A stretch of 64,000 nt of DNA, taken from NCBI GenBank assembly GCA_017499595.2, contig CM039008.1, positions 434,001 through 498,000 on the forward strand, written 5' to 3'. The notes under the pieces are model-generated. The model did not search any database, was not told where the DNA came from, and worked only from the letters and a program-made list of their open reading frames with translations. Shown here piece after piece: positions 50,701-63,100 of this stretch (within the stretch, counting starts at the first letter, position 1; each line of letters starts with the position of its first letter). Origin of the DNA: Psilocybe cubensis (taxonomy: Eukaryota). The position numbers were made by a program, and so were the translations under genes.

Positions 50701-52036
50701 CGGCTTGCTTTCATGGCATAACCGAATCTTTGTGCCAAACAAAGGCAACTTGCGTCAACGAATACTCGCCGACTGTCATGATCACCAATCCGTAGGCCAC
50801 CCTGGCCGGATGAAGACCATGGAACTCGTCCTGCGCGACTATTGGTGGCCGTCACTATCAAAAGACGCGAAGCGTTACGTTGATGGATGCCCCACCTGTC
50901 AATCAACTAAGCCTCTGAGGATGGCGCCCGCGGGCCTACTGACCCCCAACGAAATCCCTTCCTCCAATTGGGAGATCATTTCCTGTGATCTCATCGTGGA
51001 CTTACCTAAATCTCGCGGCTTCGATTCGATCTTTGTCGTCGTCGATAGACTCTCAAAAATGGTTCGTATCATCCCATGCAAAAAGTCAATCACTTCTGAG
51101 GGTCTCGCGCGCCTCTTCCGCGACCATGTCTGGAAAGACTTCGGACTGCCACGACGCATCATCTCCGACCGTGGTTCAATCTTCCTGTCAAACTTTACTC
51201 GGGCCCTCAACGACCTGCTAGGCATTTCACAGAACGCGTCCACCGCATTTCGACCTCAAACAGACGGACAAACTGAGCGCGTCAATCAAGAAATCGAACA
51301 ATACCTACGGATCTTTGTGAATAACAGGCAAAATGATTGGGTGGAATGGCTTGCATGCGCCGAATTTGCTATCAACAATAAGATTCACTCGTCCACTGGC
51401 TTCTCGCCCTTCTTCCTAAACTATGGCTCCAACCCCCGCCGAACCCTGCAACCCGCACGCCTCTCGGACGACCGTGTCCCCAAAGCTCTTGAATTCGCCT
51501 CTCAAATGGATTCCCTCGCGAAGGAATCCGCTTCAGCGCTAAACCTCGCCGCTGATGCAATGAAGCGATCCTATGACACCTCTCACCGCGCTCCACCCGT
51601 CTTCAATGTTGGCGACATGGTGATGCTCAGCGCCTCCGACATCAAGTCCTCACGTCCGTCTAAAAAGCTCGATGTTAAGCGTCACGGACCTTTTCCTGTG
51701 ACGAAACGCGTTGGCATCCAGTCTTACACCCTCGACCTACCGGCCTCGTGGTCGATCCACCCTACTTTCCATGTCTCTAAACTCTCCCGTTTCATACCAG
51801 CAGAATTCGATTCCCAAACTTCACCCGCGACACCAACACCTCCCCCCGCGTTACCACCCCCAGACATTGCAAGTGTGCTCGGCCACAGGGCCCTGCGCAG
51901 TGGAACACAGTTCCTCGTGCTGCTCGATGGCTGCACAGAGGAAGACGCTTCGTGGTCAAGCCACTCATCCTTCCCTAACTCTGAAGTACTAAACAATTAC
52001 ATACGCCTCCACAACATCCCGGACGCCCACCTTTAA
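47771..52036 (+). CDS. pol: Pol of element 2 (long Pro/Ser-rich leader, protease, RT, RNase H, integrase, degenerate chromodomain), predicted -1 frameshift
   Basis: LLDSGAT, YMDD, ADSSGYATGAVL, integrase. The -1 frame opens after TGA 47765-47767 and contains G GAT TTT at 47771-47777, within the gag overlap. Confidence 0.95.
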   Translation, partial: GFCFLRRVSSTSSPLLYNNPVITPKLHVALSPKSVPLPVLPVYATPQPSLSNSVLTPDKPSSSTTSPNSDYPTPTLLPAHPQPPTMAPDCIPYSDLFLSCPEDDPPELQAPDASDDSDEDSPTKPAQQTSAHDDASVSMTHDASPPPAPRDSLLCSPPVADHTDCPPSIPTPVRTVLCNLRRLRSTPWRTESLLKSWAPKERWDDIDDDLIAALCDLPWTDAAKVLQQLKKPRDYISRMGSKCLDIPMSAAPPGSTSLVSLKALLDSGATGCYVHSDFVKLNGWVTERLPHPVSVYNADGTRNANGAITDVVYLVIRIENHVERLRLSVTNTGSSSLILGHSWLWFHNPLVDWREAKLCFARCPTSCGADVLPTSHPDGETVNVCREGPQLREDDIFDDSPGPFTPVSAAEWADAFAGELADGESMCAVDLNEFTSEQVHGSCDHRISHFLRTQREAASYPDRYLKEFAPVFSKEEFDELPPRRPWDHAINLKPDAKSFKAKPYRLSPAETSKVKEWIEEEKRTGRIRDSISPYAAPFFFIQKKDGSLRPVQDYRRLNDITIKNRYPLPLISDLMDKLKGAKVFTKLDVRWGFNNIRIREGDEHKAAFITEFGLFEPLVMFFGLTNSPATFQNMMNDLFKDLIAGGHVVIYMDDILIFTDDVQSHRHLVRNVLQILEDNKLYLRPEKCCFEQDRVEYLGVIVGHGKMSMDPKKVDAITSWPIPRCRKDVQQFLGFVNFYRRFIKNFSRIAAPLHALGGSAPWVWDNLSTSAFNELKSACASHPVLLLPRDGAPFRIEADSSGYATGAVLSQFVDNSWQPVAFASKALSPVERNYEIHDRELLSIMRSLDDWRRYLHGSDSPVEIHTDHKNLQYFMTAQKLNRRQARWSLQLAEFDFVLVHKPGPTMICADSLSRRPDYDKGVGDNENVTLLRPEHIRRTAECSIGDDPVLADIRTHQHQITEMWEKHKNLPGWSLHDGLLSWHNRIFVPNKGNLRQRILADCHDHQSVGHPGRMKTMELVLRDYWWPSLSKDAKRYVDGCPTCQSTKPLRMAPAGLLTPNEIPSSNWEIISCDLIVDLPKSRGFDSIFVVVDRLSKMVRIIPCKKSITSEGLARLFRDHVWKDFGLPRRIISDRGSIFLSNFTRALNDLLGISQNASTAFRPQTDGQTERVNQEIEQYLRIFVNNRQNDWVEWLACAEFAINNKIHSSTGFSPFFLNYGSNPRRTLQPARLSDDRVPKALEFASQMDSLAKESASALNLAADAMKRSYDTSHRAPPVFNVGDMVMLSASDIKSSRPSKKLDVKRHGPFPVTKRVGIQSYTLDLPASWSIHPTFHVSKLSRFIPAEFDSQTSPATPTPPPALPPPDIASVLGHRALRSGTQFLVLLDGCTEEDASWSSHSSFPNSEVLNNYIRLHNIPDAHL

Positions 52037-52047
52037 GAGGGGGGTGA

Positions 52048-52220
52048 TGTTAGAGTTCCCTCTAACGTAGACACACACACGTGCCTGTAGTCACATATCA
52101 CACAGTATTTGTAGACACACCCGTAGCTACGTAGCCTCAGTTCCTTCTTTGTTAGCACACCCAACACGTTCTGGTCCTTCGTCTCTCTCTCCCGCCTCGT
52201 CTCCGGGTCTCCTCCTAACA
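52048..52220 (+). repeat. 3' LTR of element 2
   Basis: Follows the PPT and is followed by TSD TTGAT. Confidence 0.95.
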
Positions 52221-55200
52221 TTGATACATCGTGTCGAGGTAGAGTCCATTCCCGGCATCACTCGAGGCTGAATGTGTTGGTCGGCGGACGTCGATACATG
52301 GCATCAGCGCATTCCCGGAAGTCGATGCAGCGTGTCGAGGCAGAGTCCATCCCCGACACCACCCCACCTCGAGTCTGGGCTGAATGTACTGGTCGGCGGA
52401 CGTCGATACATCGTGTCCACGCGTCCCCACCACCGGAAGTCTACGTCACGTCAAACGGCACCTCCCCACCTCAAGTGTCGGCTGAATGTGTTGGTCGGCG
52501 GGCGTCAATACATAGCGTTAACGCGTCCCCAGGACCGGAAGTTGATACGTCGCGTCAAGGCAGAGTCAACGCCTCCACTAACGCATGAACGCTGCCTCGA
52601 GACCACCCCACCTCGAGTGTCGGGTAGATGAGCTGGTCGGCGGGCATCGATATATAGTGTCAACGCAAACGCGACACATCTCCCGTCGTGAACTCATACC
52701 GCCGGGCGTCGATATATCGTGTTCGCGCATCCGTGGGTAAACTCCTCAGGGTCGCAGACGCGCACGGACCTATGTTCCGTCATCTGGAGACTAGAACTGT
52801 GTCAATAGTTGTTTTTGGAAAGATATTAACTTGTACATACCTCGGGAACATACTTTCATGCCTTCAGGAGGATGGCTCTAGGATGTATTGGTGAACAACT
52901 GCAAGATAAAAAGGTCAGAATAAGCTAATACAATGCACAGAGAGTACATACCAAAAATACAACGTCTGCACCCTCAGAAGCGCCCATGTGGCAGTCATAT
53001 TGTAGCAAAACTATTGAAAAAGGTCAGAAAAAGTGGAGGAACATCATGGAAAGACTTACAGAGAAGAGGGGACAGCAGAATGGAAAAGTCGAAAGCAAGG
53101 CAGCCGTGAACTCCTGGAATCAACTTTTAGTTTTTTGTTTGGCAGCACCACCATGAGCAAACATACCGACAAGGAGCTCAACTTGGCTTCAGACGCAACC
53201 ACGACCATGAAAAGGCCAGGATACGGCCAGAAAGACGCCCAGCATTATGGGCGCACATTGGTGGGTTCTCTCATTTGTACAAGCCTTTATATACTCATTT
53301 TCTGCCAAGATATTACATGAATTGTTAGGTTTTGTTGACGCGTCGAGCATACGCGCTGCGTTCAACAATCTTTGTTGATTCAAGGTACATTCTCTGCGCG
53401 TTTGAAGGTATGTTTTATTTCTCTCCGGTTGAACAGTACGCTATGTTGACGTTATCGGGTATGTTTGACTCCATTTTTTTCATTAGCTCCGGCACTTGAT
53501 TGACTGACGACTTCCTCACAAAAGATTTTAATGTAAGTTCTCTTTGCACAATTTTATTGGATTCATATTCCACTTCTCCATTTATCGACAGTAACGACGC
53601 GAATACGAACACTGCAACAGGACGCACGCTGCAAAAAATTGAAACCGGAGGGCGGCGTCAATGGTCAGGGTAGCATTTGTTTGAATAATCGTACGTTGCC
53701 GATTCCCCGAGTCTCCGTGCTATCCTGACAAACCTGAATTTGCTGGCAATCAGAATCTTACCCTGACTCTTCTGTTTCACCCACCACCACGTCTTTTCCC
53801 CTCTCCAAATTCATCCCCTCACTTCCACATTTTCTCCCCATTTTCACGGAGGATTGGATACACAGTGAGTATTCTTCAATGGTACAACGTGCAACGTGCT
53901 TACAATCTTTCAGGAGCTTTTGAAGCTACGCGTTGCTCCTGCAAACTCTTGTCCAAGAGTCCGTGCTTACTGGAAGCCACAGACGATTTCCCGTGTCAGA
54001 CACGAACAGGCGCCTCATGTCTGCGACTCCCCATCGTATTGGACTCTCAGACTACGCAATACCGAACCGTCAGGGAAAGTTTACCAGAGGTCAAGGCGAT
54101 TCAGGTTGTGAGTGGAGACTCTTCACGACAAGCAGAACTCACATTTTTGTCTGACAGTGTGCACGCGAACGCTGCTTTGTGAGTATCCTCTTGTCCTCAA
54201 TTTTATTTGTCTGCTAACTTTATTGCAGCTTCAGAGAACCGTGAAGACTTGACGCAGTGTTCACGCGCACTCGTCCTCAATTCGATATGTCTGCTAAATT
54301 GATTGCAGCTTCAGAACCGTAAAGATTTGACGTGATATTGCTGGGACCGGTAGCTTGTACGTATCCACAATTTAATCCTATGAATAACACTGCATCATCC
54401 CTCTTGTTTAGGACATTATCGACCCTACTAACATCGCGTGTAACTCTCCAGAAATAACATCGAGGCATTACAATGGAGAATCTTCAGAATTCGGCCGTAG
54501 AATTTCCACCACATAACCTTTCCCCCATCCCCCATATCCGCTACTGTCCATTTCAAACACTTCTCTTGAGTTCCTGGCATGTGGACATCGGCTACATCCT
54601 CCCGGCATACGTCAACTGTGATGCTACTTGGGTGGTAAACGTAAAATAGCATTGGTTGATGCACAAATTTCGGGGTTCAACGAGAAGGTACGGTTATTTC
54701 ATTTAGGTTCCTTCGCTTCAACTTCATTTTATAAGGTTTCTGTAGTCAGTATCGAGCTAAATATCGTTAAGCGCCGTGAATTTGTTTTAATATGAATAAC
54801 GTATTCTGCTCTTTTTTGACTCAACAAAGCTCGATTCAGTCTGGAATAATGTATAATTGCTCTAGCTACTACTCAGGGTCCGTAGATAGCTCCAAAATCG
54901 ACGGAAAAAGTGCTTTGAAATGACATACGGACATGTTCTCCTCGCCTCCTTTAACACACTCACCCTCGTTTCCGAGGGCAAAATCGACTGGTAGGGCTTT
55001 AGACCTCGGCATCACTTCACTGACAATTAGCACCATACATTTCTGGAAGAGAATATGAGGTCATACCGGATACACAAGTCACAAGGCAAACATGCACTCT
55101 TCAAGATTAACTATGCCAAATTCGGGTTAATCTGGCAAACGGTCAATGTATTTCGGCCATGTCAGTGTCTAGTTAGCGTGTGCCAGCTGGAATACACGTA

Positions 55201-57985
55201 CCTGTAAAAAACATGAAGCCCCATTCACGTTTTACGGCAAGACAAAAGTCGCACCACATTCATCTCCTCCTCCCCCAAATCACGGATTAACACAATTCCA
55301 AACGTTTGCTGCATCTACCTGACATGTCAGCGCCGCATCAGTACATCCGGAGATAAGGAAGGTGAGATGTCGGCACTCTGGATGGCTGTAAAGTGTGGTT
55401 GAAAATGGTTTAACACCGAGTGTTCGGTTCATACGTATCTGCCCGTTGAACGGAAAACTGGGATTAATCTGCGCATAATCACTGTTGAATCGAGTATGAT
55501 ATTTAGTAGTGGGTATAAATAGAGTGTAAGCTCGTACTCTTGTTGAGATTTGGAGAAAATTTGAGACAGGCATTTGTTAAGCGCCCAAAGCGTCTTGAGA
55601 GCAATAACCACAAATTTTGCAGTCATAAAGTCATTATATTGTACCAAGTACATCAGAGAGTCAATGTAAGTGGTATACCTAAATGATACACACAGAGCAA
55701 AGGACATACCACAATGTCAATCAATTTTGTGGAAGAGATAACAAATGAAAACGGATGCGCATGCATCTTGTTCTCCTGGTTCAGTTCTCCGTTTCCAACG
55801 CACCAAACATCTTTTCCTTGCATCTCGGGATAGCATCACGTCATGCTGTCACTGCTAGAGCAGATGCCGTCAATGTTCATGGAAGATTGGCAGAAATTGT
55901 TTGAGTGCGAACATACTTTGAATCGAGGGGACAGGGATGACATACCATGGCGCTATCGCTCAAATTGCATCTAGTGCGTCATTAACCACTGATTTACATG
56001 TATAGATACGGGGAGTATATGAAATTACACAAGAGGTTGAGTGATTTTGACGAATATAAAATTTACAATGCACGCACTCATATATTTCTCAAATCCAATG
56101 TGTTCGTTTGCAGATGCCGTTTTAACGCCATAGCCACTAATATACCTGTAAATATCGTACACCGTCAGTTTACAGACGGATAATGACTCGAGAGACCACC
56201 AACAACTCACGAATGAATGACAACGCGAAATCACGACACAACCTCTCCTCCTCCCCCCATTCGCTCTAGCACTCGTTTCCAAACGTTTGCTTCGCTTGCA
56301 CGTACCCTTCATTGCACCCATCACCCCTAGCTCCGATCACGGCATGTGTCAGTCGAGATGTAGTGGAACAACTAGGTTGGATGAAGATGCGAGTTGGTAA
56401 TTGAATACATGGAGAATGAAATATACCCAACGGTGTTCTGTGCGGAAACGAGGTAAACGTCCGTATGGGGGTTGGTTTCTGGGTATACCATGATCTATTT
56501 CAGAGTAGTTGGGTCGCATCGAATGCACAGTGACGATGACATTGGAAAACGAAACGTACATAGGTGTCCTGTGATGATTTTCAATGAAAACATTGAATTT
56601 GGGTTAATCGGAAAAGATGGGTGTGGGTGTTGCACATAGTTAACATGCACCATAATCCTTAGCATGCACGATGAGTTTGGCAAAGATTTAGGATGGAAAA
56701 GTTGCGGGCAGGATAATGATACATGGATGCCGACATGCTCCCCATCCCCAAATTCGCCCGTTTCAACGATTCAAACGCTCGTTTCTCTCGGACCTGAACA
56801 TCTTGACATCACGGAGTTTTATTCTCCGTACCTGTTCTGTAATGCTGCGATGGAAATTAGACTGGTGAGCATGGAAGATGTTGGAATTGAATGAAAATAC
56901 CGTGAATGCCCAGAGTGTAATTGCGCAGAGTCTAGCCTGGTTATCGTAAACGGGTTATGTTAATATGGCAACAGCTAGATCCTCCATGAATAGGCGATTC
57001 ATCAAGTCCAGAGATGTGCAAAGAGGAAAGTTTGCAATGTTGAACAGCATCTAGAGCGAGTAATTCAAGGTTTACCACAGAAAAGCATCCATTCTTTACA
57101 GATCAAAAATCCAGAGTTGAACGAGTCATTGAACAGAGGTAATTCCAGCAGGCATACATTCAGATGAGGACGATTCGAATCTCATATTTCGAAATCTAAT
57201 GAGCAGACGACGGCGCAGGTGAATGAAAGTCGAACCAAACATGTTGCTCAACCTCTCGCTTAGGTGGCGGACACACATTTCCCCCTTTGGACGGATATTC
57301 AACAGACATACGAATGCGGATACGAAAAGGTATAAAAGGAGGGTGGAGTTGACCTGGATTCCTCAGTTCGGTTCTCCCTCTCCTCCTGTTTTCCTCCTGC
57401 CTCGCCTCGCCTTGTCTGCCTACCCCGCCAGCCTTGACCACCTCGCTACGGTTGACAAAGTGAGTGCATGGGAGAGGCCAGCTTGACGTGGCAAACGTCA
57501 AGCGTCAGCAGCTGGTAAGTCATTTGTGACGCGCTTGTTGAAAAAACCGACATTTTCCAGGCAGTTGCGCGGTGAAGGATGTGTCCCTTGCTGAGAATGT
57601 CAGTATTCGCGACGTTTTTGTTGACCGAATTAATGCTTACCTGGTTTGCACAGCAATGACCCCGCCCCATGCTCTGAGAGAGGTGTTCGCGCTCCACGCG
57701 CTTAGAGGTGTTGTGGGCCGGACGCGCTGAGGATGTGGGTACCCGCTACGTGTTTGTTGAGAGAATTGCTGCTCACCTGGTTTGCATAGCAATAACAGGG
57801 GTGTCATGAACCCATACACTGAAGAGGTGCCCAGTCGGCCGGACCCGATGCGCTGAGGATATCAGTACGTGTGACACGTTTGTTGATATAACTACTACTC
57901 ACCTAGTTTGCATAGCAACGTTCGACAGCTCCTACACGCTTAGAGAGTCGTTGTAGATGCAGCGTCCCCCCATTCCTATCCCTTT

Positions 57986-60190
57986 TCATGTCCGAGCAAT
58001 AACCGCCCCAAACCAAAGGAAAACCGCAAATGTAAGAAGTGCTTCGCATTGAAACTGGGAATCATTGCCTGGAATATGGTCGAGCAGTAGGCCGACAATG
58101 CCCTGGTTGATCAGCGCTACACGATAAGACTCTAATTATCATTAATTTCTGAAGTGAAACAGAGAGTGCATACCATGGACACCTATGGCAGAAATGGAAC
58201 TCAGTACTGCTCTTTGAACCCGTTTTTGTGGGTGTTTTATCATATTGGAAAGTGTGTTTCCGAGTTCAGGACCTAAAAGCATGGGATGCATGCGTTCTAT
58301 TGCCGATATGAGACGACAATCGGATTATACAAAGCCACAGTACGCACCATTCAGAGCCAAACATTTGAGTGTAGATCCCTTATCCATCGCAGAGAGAATA
58401 AGAGAAGCGTCAATCAACCACTGTCGATGCAGAGGGTTTGTACAATTAGAAATCACTTCCGGAATATGATTGGTGAATTCGGCAGGTATCAGAAATCCTG
58501 AGCGTATCCGCACATGGATGTGGATGCAAATAATCAATTCAAGAATATCGTCTTGGAACATATCCCAATTTGACAGGGTCCCTCCCGGTTGCAGAAAAGC
58601 TACGAGTGAGCTAGCGCTCCAATTTAAGGAAGAATGGGTGGTCTGGACAAGAGACAGCATAACTGTAAGGTATGCTCGAGTTACATCGGAAGAGGTTTCA
58701 GTCTTGTCTAGGGAGGATAGAAGCTCCGTGATGTTGCGGGTCAAGACTGGTAATGGGTCTGCAATATACAAAGCCTCCTGCAACCTTGACGACATGGGTA
58801 GTCCCGCAATGGCACAGACTGGATCATCAAGTTTGAAGGTTCGCGCCAGTGAAAACAGACCAACGAGGACATCTGTCCTCAATTCGTCTGATGGAGGGTT
58901 TAAAACGAGCATGAGATGATATAAAGATGAGAATGTGTCGAAGATGCCCTTTGTCCATGTCCTACGTAGCTTGGTGGTGGACAAAAGGACATGATCGAGG
59001 TGGGTGTAAGAGCTGGTAACTCTCCGCGCCTTACGTCGGCGTTGGCGGGGAGTGAATACCAAGTGTCCAATTGCATCTGCCAGGAGAATGAGAGGAATAA
59101 AGACGCCAGGAATCTAATAAGAGATATGTTGATGTCCTTCATAGAATTCAAAGACCATCGCTTACAATTGGCAGCAAGCCAGATATCGGGGTATTAAATG
59201 GGGAATTGGGATTGAGAAGCGGGCGAATGCTACATCCTAGGTAGAGGAGCATGGTGATGGCAATAAGCGTCGTCACAACTACCCCAATTCGCGGGTCGTC
59301 CTGAAACAATAAAATGACGAGGCCGCCGAAGAAGAGGTAAAAGGCAATGTGCAAGGTTATTGGCAGGGCATGTATAACAGCTCGTAGATGTCGCTGGTCG
59401 TCGCCGAAGAACCGTCGATGACGATTGCAGGCGTCGATTATAGGCAGTCCAGCTGATACAGGAATAAATTGGGATACCCACCCTTTCGCCAGGATTGTTC
59501 CAAAAGCACCCGTTAAGGCAAAGGTGAGGCTGACGAACCAGAGTCCATTCACCCATACCAAAGGTGATGAGGGTACAAAGGTTGTTGATAGTAGGGAATT
59601 CTGACGAGTTTCCGACGACAAGGTTTGAATGAGGTCTCTGATCAAATTATTCGTGATAGCCTGAGGGTCTTGTTGGAGATCTTTTCGTGTCTTGATAAGA
59701 AAGGCAGTCAAAATGGCAGAAAACAGGCCCGCCTATAAATTGACGTCAGAAACAAAATTGTGGAACAAGCAAAACATACAAATATCAAGATGGTATCCAA
59801 GTCACAGTTCCATATTCTCATCAACTCTTCGCCTTTTGATTTGGTCAAGTCGAGGTACATCGACCAGACCTTTGCATCATCTGCTAGGTAGTCCGCGAAT
59901 GGGTTTCGGAGGTCTGCATTGGAGGTTGCCACGTATTCCCTAGCTGCCGTTTCAATGGATGCTCTCGATGGTGGCCGGTAGACTAATACGATTGTTGTTA
60001 TTGGTCTTTTTCAGGCGCATCTGAGGTAAAAAAACATACCCTTTGTGTCAGACAACCGTGATTCTGCCCTCTCCACGTCGCGGGGAAATGGAAAACGATA
60101 AGCAAGCGCTGATAGAGTACTGGTCCCATTCCCTGATTGGATTCTCAGGCACCGTGCGACAATCTCCCAAAACGACGATTTCGCCTGCAT
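57986..60190 (-). CDS. C-terminally truncated DUF6535 copy 5 (~651 aa; E>K and S>L substitutions)
   Basis: ORFs 58325..59062, 59148..59711 and 59708..59932 are open; same junction stop at 57986-57988. Confidence 0.7.
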
Positions 60191-63100
60191 GTGTTGTTCT
60201 TGAAGGTTTTCGCGTCTATGCCTGAGCAAGGTCGATAAATACGCCGTCCTCCTCGTTGCTTATAGTGAAAAAGTTAGACACTCGTGAGTCATACGCACCA
60301 TTGAATTTACGGTCGTGTGGCAATGCGAAGGGATTGGCACCCTGGCGGATTGGTTTTCCCAAATGATTTGCTGCCTCAAATAGAAATGCACTGGTTTACA
60401 TACATGAATTGACAGCGATAAGTATGTATCGGCAGTTGACTTACCCTTCCATTGCTTCGAATCCCAAATAGACGCTCATTTGCATCATTCAATCATCTGG
60501 GAAAGTTAGTTTGGAAGGACCGAGGTTCGGATACGTCTCTGACGGATTCCCTGTGAATAGAAACTCAATAGACATGTAATTGGGTGCTATTTGCATGTTT
60601 AGAGCTGCGCCAATACGCACCTACACTTCCGAGTAGCATTGTGGCGGCCAGTCGAAACGAGAACTTTTGAAAGTTGACGCCCCTTTTCAATTCTTGAGTC
60701 ATCTTAAGTATGCCGAATGATGGCCGATAAAAATATTTCATTTACCGCGATGGCCGAGCATCTCACCAGGGTAATATCAGGATACAGTGGCTTGCGGAGT
60801 CCTGTTGTTCTTCCTGATGGCTTTTCTCAACTTCAGAATCTATTCCCTCGAATACCTCTCTCCTCCTTGATAGATTCCGACTGTGGCACCAATTAAATGC
60901 TCTAGGATCATCCGGTGCAGACACCTCTCTCGACTCAGCTCGCGCCTCGCTCTCCACCCGCAAACATTTACTCGCATTCCAAACCGCCATTGAACGTGCC
61001 CCCTTCCCTGTAATTGCTGCAATTCACGGTCATTGTATCGTTGGTTCACGAGCTTACGTATACCGCTCGAGTCTTCTCATCGGACGAGGCTGGGGCTAGT
61101 TTCTCGCGTCGTTCTGCCTCTAAAAGGGAATTTTCTGGTGAGATGAGGGTCGTTTAAGTGTGTTTAGATGGTGAAATCTATTTATATCACAAAAAAACAG
61201 CCTAGTTCATACATTCCAACACCTTCAATTTATCGTACAAGCAGAGGTTAGCCCCGCCCGAAGGCCAGTGCGGGGCGTAACAGGTCTATCTACTACGGAA
61301 AGTGCTTACCTCTCTCTCCGAACACCTACTAACCTGACACGTCACGCATAGGTGCTGCTCCTAGCACTGGCAGAGTGGGCTTTGCTGTTGCGTAAGTGAT
61401 GCGCAAAGACAAACGTCGATACATTGTGGAAAGGCTGGTTGCGGCTGGATACAAGTTCACGGTCCCGCGTGGCCATACGGGTGTGCGGATTGGTGAAGAG
61501 TAGGCGTCGAAATGCACGTTGCAGCTCAGTCGGTGGCATACACAGAGTGGGCTTGCGCACCAACACATGTGCAGATCGGTGTAGCGTCGTCAGCCAAGGT
61601 TACAAGGGAATGACATGGTGGGGACAATATCAGATGGGTGGCCAAGGACACTTGAATCAGGTAAGAGTACATGCGCCGCGTGCGGGTCGGCGGACGTCAA
61701 CTCATCCCTAGCAGTCCCCTTGTGCATGCACTCCTGCGCCTCTGTTTACTGCTACGTTGCCTTGTCGGACATCGATGTAGAGCAGAATGTTATTGGGGAT
61801 ATAGGGCAAAAGGACATGGGTTGGCAGGCGTTGATACTGTGCATCACAGCATCCCCGGCACCTCTGGTCCGTGCGACGTCCCTACTCGTTCTTGCGCAAC
61901 TCGGCGGATGGCAATACCACGCATAAATGCAGATTGCGCAGCTCGGCGGACATCGATATAGAGTGTCGGGGCATTGGCGTGGCGGGTGTCAACACATCCC
62001 TGGCCCTGGGCATTGGCGAACCATGGGGTGGCGGGCGTAGATGTCTGTTGGTCGGCGGGTGTCAATATATAGCGTCAACGCGCCCCACCCCGGAAGTCGA
62101 TGAAGGGTGTCGAGGCAGAGTCCATCCCTCCTCCATGCTGGTCGGCGGACGTCAATACATGGCGTCAACGCATCCCCACCACCGGAACTCGATACAGAGT
62201 GTCGACGCCTAGTCGACGCCTCCACTAACAAGGCCCCGACACCTCCCCACCACGAGTATCGGCTGAACGTGCTGGTCGGCGGACGTCGATACATGGCGTC
62301 AGCGCATCCCACCACCGGAAGTTGATACATCGTGTCGAGGTAGAGTCCATTCCCGGCATCACTCGAGGCTGAATGTGTTGGTCGGCGGACGTCGATACAT
62401 GGCGTCAGCGCATTCCCGGAAGTCGATGCAGCGTGTCGAGGCAGAGTCCATCCCCGACACCACCCCACCTCGAGTCTGGGCTGAATGTGCTGGTCGGCGG
62501 ACGTCGATACATCGTGTCCACGCGTCCCCACCACCGGAAGTCTACGTCACGTCAAACGGCACCTCCCCACCTCAAGTGTCGGCTGAATGTGTTGGTCGGC
62601 GGGCGTCAATACATAGCGTTAACGCGTCCCCAGGACCGGAAGTTGATACGTCGCGTCAAGGCAGAGTCAACGCCTCCACTAACGCATGAACGCTGCCTCG
62701 AGACCACCCCACCTCGAGTGTCGGGTAGATGAGCTGGTCGGCGGGCATCGATATATAGTGTCAACGCAAACGCGACACATCTCCCGTCGTGAACTCATAC
62801 CGCCGGGCGTCGATATATCGTGTTCGCGCATCCGTGGGTAAACTCCTCAGGGTCGCAGACGCGCACGGACCTATGTTCCGTCATCTGGAGACTAGAACTG
62901 TGTCAATAGTTGTTTTTGGAAAGATATTAACTTGTACATACCTCGGGAACATACTTTCATGCCTTCAGGAGGATGGCTCTAGGATGTATTGGTGAACAAC
63001 TGCAAGATAAAAAGGTCAGAATAAGCTAATACAATGCACAGAGAGTACATACCAAAAATACAACGTCTGCACCCTCAGAAGCGCCCATGTGGCAGTCATA

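Larger units (their letters stand above)
45795..52220 (+). mobile_element. Ty3/Gypsy LTR retrotransposon 2, intact, CpG-rich, short LTRs
   Basis: 173-bp LTRs TGTTAG...CTAACA, clean TSD TTGAT (45790-45794 and 52221-52225), gag and pol, PPT AAGAGGGGGGTGA 52035-52047. Confidence 0.97.
41477..58008. repeat. Tandem array unit 4 (type B) containing Gypsy element 2
   Basis: Length 16532 = 10101 + 6426 (element) + 5 (TSD). Confidence 0.95.
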
